Of a stretch of 64,000 nucleotides of DNA, positions 58,711 to 64,000 are shown piece after piece. A model generated the notes under the pieces. The model was given only the letters and a program-made list of their open reading frames with translations, made no database searches and was not told the origin of the DNA. A program made the translations under genes and the position numbers. Location: the NCBI GenBank assembly GCA_913064725.1, contig CAJYAI010000007.1, positions 9,723 through 73,722 on the forward strand. Direction: 5' to 3'. This DNA is from an uncultured Alteromonadaceae bacterium (GTDB lineage Bacteria > Pseudomonadota > Gammaproteobacteria > Pseudomonadales > Halieaceae). How positions within the stretch are numbered: the first letter of the stretch is position 1; the number at the start of each line of letters is the position of its first letter.

Positions 58711-58728
58711 TGTACTATTAAACTGACA
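58711..58728. promoter_or_regulatory. TGT-N12-ACA palindrome, site 2 upstream of bchC
   Basis: TGTactattaaactgACA, 8 bp after site 1. Confidence 0.65.
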
Positions 58729-58792
58729 CATAGAGATAAGCACGCATTTACACATTCGGTGTTCTTTTAACCGAGTATTGAGGCCATAAACC

Positions 58793-59743
58793 GTGACCTA
58801 TAAGAAGACAACAGCGGTTATTTTTGAAAAGCCCGGGGCGTTAGAGCTTCGCGCGGCCTCTTTACGTGCTCCCTCGACCAATGAATGTCTAGTCGAATCA
58901 CACTGGTCGGGCATCAGCACCGGTACTGAGCGACTCATGCTCACAGGGCAAATGCCTCCGTTTCCGGGCCTAGGGTATCCACTCGTTCCCGGCTATGAGA
59001 CCGTTGGTAAAATACTAGAATCTCCAAAGGGCTCAAACTTTGAGCCTGGAACCTATGTCTTTGCCCCGGGCAGTGTTGGCTTTACCGATGCCAAAAACCT
59101 GTTTGGTGGCAGTGCACGTCATATTATCTGTCGTGAAGATAAGCTTATCGCCCTTCCGGAGAAGCTTGGCAGCACCGGCGTGCTGCTCGCTCTCGCGGCA
59201 ACCGCACTCCACATTTTACGGCGATGCGAAGTCGCTGGGCCGCCTGAGCTCATAGTAGGACACGGTGCCCTTGGTCAGCTTTTGGCGCGTCTTACTCGCA
59301 TCGTCCACGGCGTATCGCCCACTGTCTGGGAGCGCGACCCTGCACGACGCCCCGCAAATCTTGACTACATGGTCTACGACGCAGAACAAGACCCACGCTA
59401 TGACTACGGTGTTGTCTGTGATGTGAGTGGCAGTGCTAGTGCACTCAACCAGATGATAGCGCGGTGCAAACCCGGCGCGACAGTTGTCATGGGCGGCTTT
59501 TATTCCACTGCGGCAACCTTCAACTTTCCACCCGCATTTATTAGAGAAATCAATCTCTTAGTAAGTGCGGAATGGCAACCACAAGACCTCAAAGAAGCAG
59601 CACGACTGGCATCTGACGGCACGTTAGATTTTTCCCAGTTGATAACCGATGTGCTACCGGTCAATCAAGCCGCTCAGGCCTACGACCGCGCGTTCAACGA
59701 AAGCAGCTGCCTAAAAATGGTCATCGACTGGAGATCGATATGA
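58793..59743 (+). CDS. bchC: 2-desacetyl-2-hydroxyethyl bacteriochlorophyllide a dehydrogenase
   Basis: 316-aa MDR/zinc-type alcohol dehydrogenase fold. GTG start with GAGG 9 nt upstream. Position before bchXYZ. Confidence 0.85.
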   Translation: MTYKKTTAVIFEKPGALELRAASLRAPSTNECLVESHWSGISTGTERLMLTGQMPPFPGLGYPLVPGYETVGKILESPKGSNFEPGTYVFAPGSVGFTDAKNLFGGSARHIICREDKLIALPEKLGSTGVLLALAATALHILRRCEVAGPPELIVGHGALGQLLARLTRIVHGVSPTVWERDPARRPANLDYMVYDAEQDPRYDYGVVCDVSGSASALNQMIARCKPGATVVMGGFYSTAATFNFPPAFIREINLLVSAEWQPQDLKEAARLASDGTLDFSQLITDVLPVNQAAQAYDRAFNESSCLKMVIDWRSI

Positions 59744-60729
59744 GTACTGCAACTGAATATGATCCAGGGTTAGAAGCGAGTGGAGAACGGGCAGATCTTC
59801 TCGCAACGTCAGCCGATAGCGCACAAGGCACACAGATCATCGCGATTTACGGCAAGGGCGGAATTGGAAAGAGCTTCACCCTTGCGAACTTAAGCTACAT
59901 GATGGCTCAGCAGGGTAAAAAAGTATTATTGATCGGCTGCGATCCGAAAAGTGACACCACGTCGCTGCTGTTTGGCGGCAAGGCCTGCCCCACTATCATC
60001 GAGACAGCTTCAGCGAAGAAAGCAGCTGGTGAAGAGTGCCGGGTAGAGGACGTTTGCTTTAAGCGAGACGGCGTCTACGCCATGGAACTTGGCGGGCCCG
60101 AGGTCGGTCGAGGCTGCGGTGGTCGCGGCATCATCCACGGCTTCGAAACCCTCGAAAAACTGGGTTTCCATGACTGGGATTTCGACTACGTCCTTCTAGA
60201 CTTCTTAGGCGATGTGGTTTGCGGTGGCTTTGGCCTCCCGATTGCACGCGACATGTGCCAGAAGGTGATCGTCGTAGCATCCAATGATCTTCAGTCACTG
60301 TACGTGGCAAATAATGTCTGCTCTGCCGTCGAATACTTCAGAAAGCTCGGTGGCAATGTCGGCGTTGCCGGCATGGTTATCAATAAAGACGATGGCGGTG
60401 GTCAAGCCCAGGCATTCTGTAAGGCGGCCGGCATCCCTGAACTCGCTGCCATACCGGCCAACGAAGACATTCGTCGCAAAAGTGCGAGCTACGAAATTAT
60501 CGGTCATCCGGACAGTGAGTGGGGGCCGTTATTTGCCGAGCTTGCACTAAATGCAGGTGAATCAACGCCACACCGCCCTCTTCCGATGACGCAAGACGAA
60601 TTATTGTCCCTATTTGACGGGGATACAGTGGGTCGCGACGTTGTTTTACAGCCCGCAACCTTGGCTGATCTATGTAATGTCGAGACACTGAATAAGCCCA
60701 GTCTCGAGGTCGTCTATGACAGCATCTGA
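59740..60729 (+). CDS. bchX: chlorophyllide a reductase iron protein subunit X
   Basis: NifH-like P-loop YGKGGIGKSF, cluster Cys in GRGCGGRG and VVCGGFG. ATGA overlap with bchC. Confidence 0.92.
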   Translation: MSTATEYDPGLEASGERADLLATSADSAQGTQIIAIYGKGGIGKSFTLANLSYMMAQQGKKVLLIGCDPKSDTTSLLFGGKACPTIIETASAKKAAGEECRVEDVCFKRDGVYAMELGGPEVGRGCGGRGIIHGFETLEKLGFHDWDFDYVLLDFLGDVVCGGFGLPIARDMCQKVIVVASNDLQSLYVANNVCSAVEYFRKLGGNVGVAGMVINKDDGGGQAQAFCKAAGIPELAAIPANEDIRRKSASYEIIGHPDSEWGPLFAELALNAGESTPHRPLPMTQDELLSLFDGDTVGRDVVLQPATLADLCNVETLNKPSLEVVYDSI

Positions 60730-62179
60730 GACTGACATCATCGAGACAACGGACCTCGGCTGCCATGCAGGCGCCGATACGCTCGCGGCAGCAGCTAGTG
60801 CTGCCGGCAAGACCGAGCTGATGGCCCAGTTCGCCGAAGATTATCCGAAAGGCCCGCACGATCAGCCGCAAAGCATGTGTCCGGCATTTGGCTCTCTACG
60901 TGTCGGACTGAGAATGCGTCGCACAGCCACTGTTCTATCGGGTTCAGCCTGTTGTGTCTATGGACTCACCTTTACCTCACACTTTTACGGTGCGAAACGC
61001 ACGGTTGGCTACGTACCCTTCGACTCCGAGTCACTGGTAACGGGTAAACTATTTGAGGACATCCGAGAAGCGGTCCATGACCTCGCTGATCCCGATAAAA
61101 ACGATGCCGTTGTTATCATCAACCTCTGCGTTCCTACGGCGTCGGGTGTACCACTCGAGCTTCTCCCAAAAGAAATTAACGGTGTGCGCATTGTCGGCAT
61201 TGATGTGCCAGGCTTTGGAGTTCCAACGCACGCAGAAGCAAAAGATGTCCTAGCGGGGGCGATGCTCGCCTATGCTAGCGAAGAGATAAAGGCCGGCCCG
61301 GTCGCTCGACCCACTCAGAGTGATACGCAGCAGGCCAGACCAACAGTAGCCCTGGTGGGCGAGATGTTTCCGGTTGACGCTATTACTATCGATCGGCTTT
61401 TGGACTCGCTTGGTGCCGCAGCAGGTCCCGTTGTGCCAACGCGTGAATGGCGTGAGCTATACGCGGCTCTCGATTGCCAAGTGGCAGCGATGATTCATCC
61501 TTTCTATACCGCTACGGCCCGCCAATTCCGCGCTGCTGGTCGCCCGTTACTCGGATCGGCGCCGGTAGGTGTCGAGGGCACAGCCGCATGGCTTGAGGCC
61601 ATGGGCGAGTTACTGGGTACTGATCGTGCATCAATCGATGCCGCCATCAGCACACAAAAAAGCGCCATTCGTGCAGCGCTCGACAACAATCCGATCGATG
61701 CGAAAATTACACTGTCTGGCTATGAAGGTTCTGAACTCCTGGTTGCCAGACTCCTGATCGAGAGTGGTGCTGAGGTCGCGTACGTTGGTTCCGCTTGCCC
61801 CAAGACAGAGTTTTCTGCAGTCGATGCGGACTGGCTCGAGGCTCGTGGGGTGTCCGTGAAATTCCGGGCATCACTCGAAGACGATCTGATTGCCATGGAG
61901 ACGTTTAAGCCCGACCTCGTTATCGGTACTACGCCCGTGGTTCAAAAGGCAAAGGAACGTGCTATTCCGAGCCTCTACTTCACTAATTTAATATCCGCAC
62001 GTCCCCTCATGGGCGCGGCCGGTGCCGGATCAGTTGCTCAGGTCATTAACTCCGCCCTCTCCAATCAGCCACGCATGCTGACCATGGAAGCATTTTTTGA
62101 AGGTGTTGGTGACGGGCCGACGAGTGGTGTTTGGACGCCTGAAATTATTGCGCGAACAGGTGTAGGAGGTGCTAGCTAA
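60716..62179 (+). CDS. bchY: chlorophyllide a reductase subunit Y
   Basis: NifD-like. 487 aa. Overlaps bchX by 14 nt. Confidence 0.85.
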   Translation: MTASETDIIETTDLGCHAGADTLAAAASAAGKTELMAQFAEDYPKGPHDQPQSMCPAFGSLRVGLRMRRTATVLSGSACCVYGLTFTSHFYGAKRTVGYVPFDSESLVTGKLFEDIREAVHDLADPDKNDAVVIINLCVPTASGVPLELLPKEINGVRIVGIDVPGFGVPTHAEAKDVLAGAMLAYASEEIKAGPVARPTQSDTQQARPTVALVGEMFPVDAITIDRLLDSLGAAAGPVVPTREWRELYAALDCQVAAMIHPFYTATARQFRAAGRPLLGSAPVGVEGTAAWLEAMGELLGTDRASIDAAISTQKSAIRAALDNNPIDAKITLSGYEGSELLVARLLIESGAEVAYVGSACPKTEFSAVDADWLEARGVSVKFRASLEDDLIAMETFKPDLVIGTTPVVQKAKERAIPSLYFTNLISARPLMGAAGAGSVAQVINSALSNQPRMLTMEAFFEGVGDGPTSGVWTPEIIARTGVGGAS

Positions 62180-63627
62180 TGCTCGTACTCGATCACGATC
62201 GCGCTGGCGGCTACTGGGGTTCTGTCTATGTCTTCACGGCTGTCAAGGGCCTGCAAGTCATCATCGATGGCCCTGTAGGCTGTGAAAATCTGCCGGTTAC
62301 ATCGGTTCTGCACTACACAGATGGTCTTCCACCCCATGAGCTGCCTATTGTAGTTACTGGACTTGCTGAGGAAGAGCTAGGTCAGCACGGTACTGAGGGA
62401 GCACTTCGTCGTGCACACCAAACCTTAGACCCCAAAAAGCCCTCCGTCGTCGTTACCGGTTCCATTGCTGAAATGATTGGCGGTGGCGTCACGCCGGAAG
62501 ACACCAACATCAAGCGATTTCTGCCCCGTACAATTGATGAAGATCAATGGCAAAGTGCCGATCGGGCCCTCGTTTGGCTGTGGGAGCAGTACGGCGCGAG
62601 TAAAAAGCGTAAAGCAGCCAAGAAAACGACCGAGGCCCCCAGTAAAAAGGTCAATATCATTGGCCCAGCCTACGGATATTTCAACACCTGGTCCGACCTC
62701 GCCGAAATTCAAAGAATGCTTGCTGGTATGGGCGTCGAGGTCAACTTAGTGTTTCCGCTCGGCTGTCATTTAAACGACGTTCCTAAACTCGACGATGCCG
62801 CGGTCAATATATGTATGTACCGCGAATTTGGCCGAAAACTCTGCGAGACGCTTGATAAGCCTTATTTGCAAGCGCCCATAGGCCTCGATAGCACAACGAA
62901 GTTCCTGAGAACACTGGGCGAGTTACTCGACATAGATCCAGAGCCATTCATTGCACAGGAGAAAATGACAACCTTGAAGCCCGTTTGGGACTTGTGGCGG
63001 TCAGTGACCCAAGATTTCTTTGCAACGGCAAGCTTTGGCGTTGTAGCAACAGACACCTACACACGTGGACTCCGTCACTTCCTCGAGGAAGATCTCGGTC
63101 TGCCCTGCGCGTTTCATTTTTCGCGAAAAGCGGGCGTCAAACCAGACAACCAAGATGTCCGCGACTCAATCTACAAGACAACACCACTGATTGTCTTTGG
63201 CGGCTATAACGAACGAATGTATATCGCCGAGGCGGGCAACAGAAGCATGTTTATACCTGCTTCATTGCCAGGCACGATCATACGCCGACATACCGGGACG
63301 CCCTTTATGGGTTACTCCGGTGCCTGCTATCTCATTCAGGAAGTGTGCAATGCGCTCTTCGATGCCCTTTTCCATATTTTGCCTTTAGGCACTGATCTCG
63401 ATGAAACCGTCGCAACGCCCGCACGTGCGAGCCTGCCCTGGCTTGATGACGCGCAGGCCTTACTCGACCAAATTATCGAACAACAACCCATATTAGTCCG
63501 AATATCGGCCGCAAAGCGGCTGCGCGACAGTGCTGAACAGGCGGCGCGCCAAGATGAATCGGATTCTGTGAGTGCAGCGCACGTTCTGGATGCGGGCCGC
63601 GTACTGCAACTCGGAAGCGCCGTATGA
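62179..63627 (+). CDS. bchZ: chlorophyllide a reductase subunit Z
   Basis: NifK-like. 482 aa. TAATG junction with bchY. Confidence 0.85.
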   Translation: MLVLDHDRAGGYWGSVYVFTAVKGLQVIIDGPVGCENLPVTSVLHYTDGLPPHELPIVVTGLAEEELGQHGTEGALRRAHQTLDPKKPSVVVTGSIAEMIGGGVTPEDTNIKRFLPRTIDEDQWQSADRALVWLWEQYGASKKRKAAKKTTEAPSKKVNIIGPAYGYFNTWSDLAEIQRMLAGMGVEVNLVFPLGCHLNDVPKLDDAAVNICMYREFGRKLCETLDKPYLQAPIGLDSTTKFLRTLGELLDIDPEPFIAQEKMTTLKPVWDLWRSVTQDFFATASFGVVATDTYTRGLRHFLEEDLGLPCAFHFSRKAGVKPDNQDVRDSIYKTTPLIVFGGYNERMYIAEAGNRSMFIPASLPGTIIRRHTGTPFMGYSGACYLIQEVCNALFDALFHILPLGTDLDETVATPARASLPWLDDAQALLDQIIEQQPILVRISAAKRLRDSAEQAARQDESDSVSAAHVLDAGRVLQLGSAV

Positions 63628-63887
63628 GCGCGATGAATTACAACAACACGGCACGGCCAACACCGATGACGGGAGACAAAATGACTGCAACTAAGCGAAA
63701 TACCGAGCGAAAGACCATCTGGGAACACCTGCAGTTTCGACTGCTCTTCCTAACGATGTTTGTATGGTTTTTGGGACAAGCAGCCGTAAATCGATTGAAG
63801 TTGGTGCGACAGCACGAACTCAATTGCTGGCAAGAAGCTAAGCGCGCTGCGAATAGCATCGCACCTTACGCCTTTATGCGAATTTAA
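63624..63887 (+). CDS. small single-TM protein at the PufQ position (PufQ-like)
   Basis: 87 aa. ATGA overlap with the bchZ stop. One hydrophobic helix ([18 protein letters not shown]) followed by a basic/amphipathic tail. Same location as pufQ in Rhodobacter. Confidence 0.4.
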   Translation: MSAMNYNNTARPTPMTGDKMTATKRNTERKTIWEHLQFRLLFLTMFVWFLGQAAVNRLKLVRQHELNCWQEAKRAANSIAPYAFMRI

Positions 63888-63962
63888 TGACGTTTGGCTC
63901 CGCGTCTTAGGACGAGGGGTTTGATCAATCGGTCCAACTAGCCATTGCGGACCGGAAGAAGG

Positions 63963-63977
63963 GAGCGCTTAGCGCTC
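63963..63977 (+). promoter_or_regulatory. hairpin GAGCGC-TTA-GCGCTC just upstream of a strong SD and ATG at the right edge (probable start of the puf operon structural genes)
   Basis: Perfect 6-bp stem. GGAAGGGAGAAG precedes the ATG at 63991 (another ATG at 63995). The window ends at 64000. Confidence 0.35.
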
Positions 63978-64000
63978 GGAAGGGAGAAGTATGCAATGTC

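Noticed and set aside
1-64000. Search for mobile elements, prophage genes, toxin-antitoxin pairs, restriction-modification or other defence systems, and tRNA/rRNA genes
   Set aside because: I recognised no transposase, integrase, phage structural, Cas, nuclease-helicase or methylase-like ORF, and no cloverleaf-like or rRNA-like sequence. The window looks like core chromosome plus a PGC. A covariance-model scan (tRNAscan/Infernal) would be needed to exclude small ncRNAs.

Overview
A 64-kb, gene-dense chromosomal window with about 50 CDS and many 1-14 nt gene overlaps. I could not recognise any rRNA, tRNA, IS element, prophage, CRISPR array or known defence system by eye. The source looks like a marine proteobacterial (aerobic) anoxygenic phototroph. 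The taxon cannot be fixed without a database search.

Left to right:
(1) Housekeeping and accessory genes: secreted M20 amidohydrolase, thioesterase, membrane-anchored cytochrome c, fatty-acid-hydroxylase family protein, Ntn-type (penicillin/AHL) acylase.
(2) A beta-1,3-glucan (laminarin-type) utilisation locus with no signal peptides: clan GH-A hydrolase, GPH sugar symporter, a 1153-aa GH94-clan (GH149/GH161-like) glycan phosphorylase candidate, and two tandem GH17 enzymes.
(3) A ThDP enzyme and an RND efflux pair.
(4) A molybdenum-hydroxylase supercluster: two convergent IorAB-like 2Fe-2S + Tat-exported molybdopterin subunit pairs, TetR, XdhC, MocA-like cytidylyltransferase.
(5) A methyltransferase, a DUF1800/DUF1501 pair, a saccharopine-dehydrogenase-like reductase, DoxX, a thiolase plus multifunctional beta-oxidation enzyme, and a MATE pump.
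(6) A mixed oxidative cluster at the border of the photosynthesis genes: alkylsulfatase-like MBL hydrolase, second fatty-acid hydroxylase, Cys-rich small protein, P450, membrane protein, CrtD-like desaturase, alpha/beta hydrolase.
(7) A photosynthesis gene cluster segment, bchIDO-crtIB / crtC / crtEF-bchCXYZ, followed by a small PufQ-like ORF.

Most notable sequence-level observations:
- Six TGT-N12-ACA (PpsR/CrtJ-type) palindromes sit exactly in the four PGC promoter regions.
- Several intergenic regions are built from blocks of degenerate short tandem repeats (periods 5, 7, 9, 15, 16, 17).
- Five convergent gene pairs overlap at their 3' ends.
- A GTCA/TGAC operator-like cluster lies in front of the TetR gene.

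No single clearly novel system can be proven from sequence alone. The best candidates are the cytoplasmic phosphorolytic beta-glucan locus, the PGC-border oxidative cluster, and the DUF1800/DUF1501 pair.
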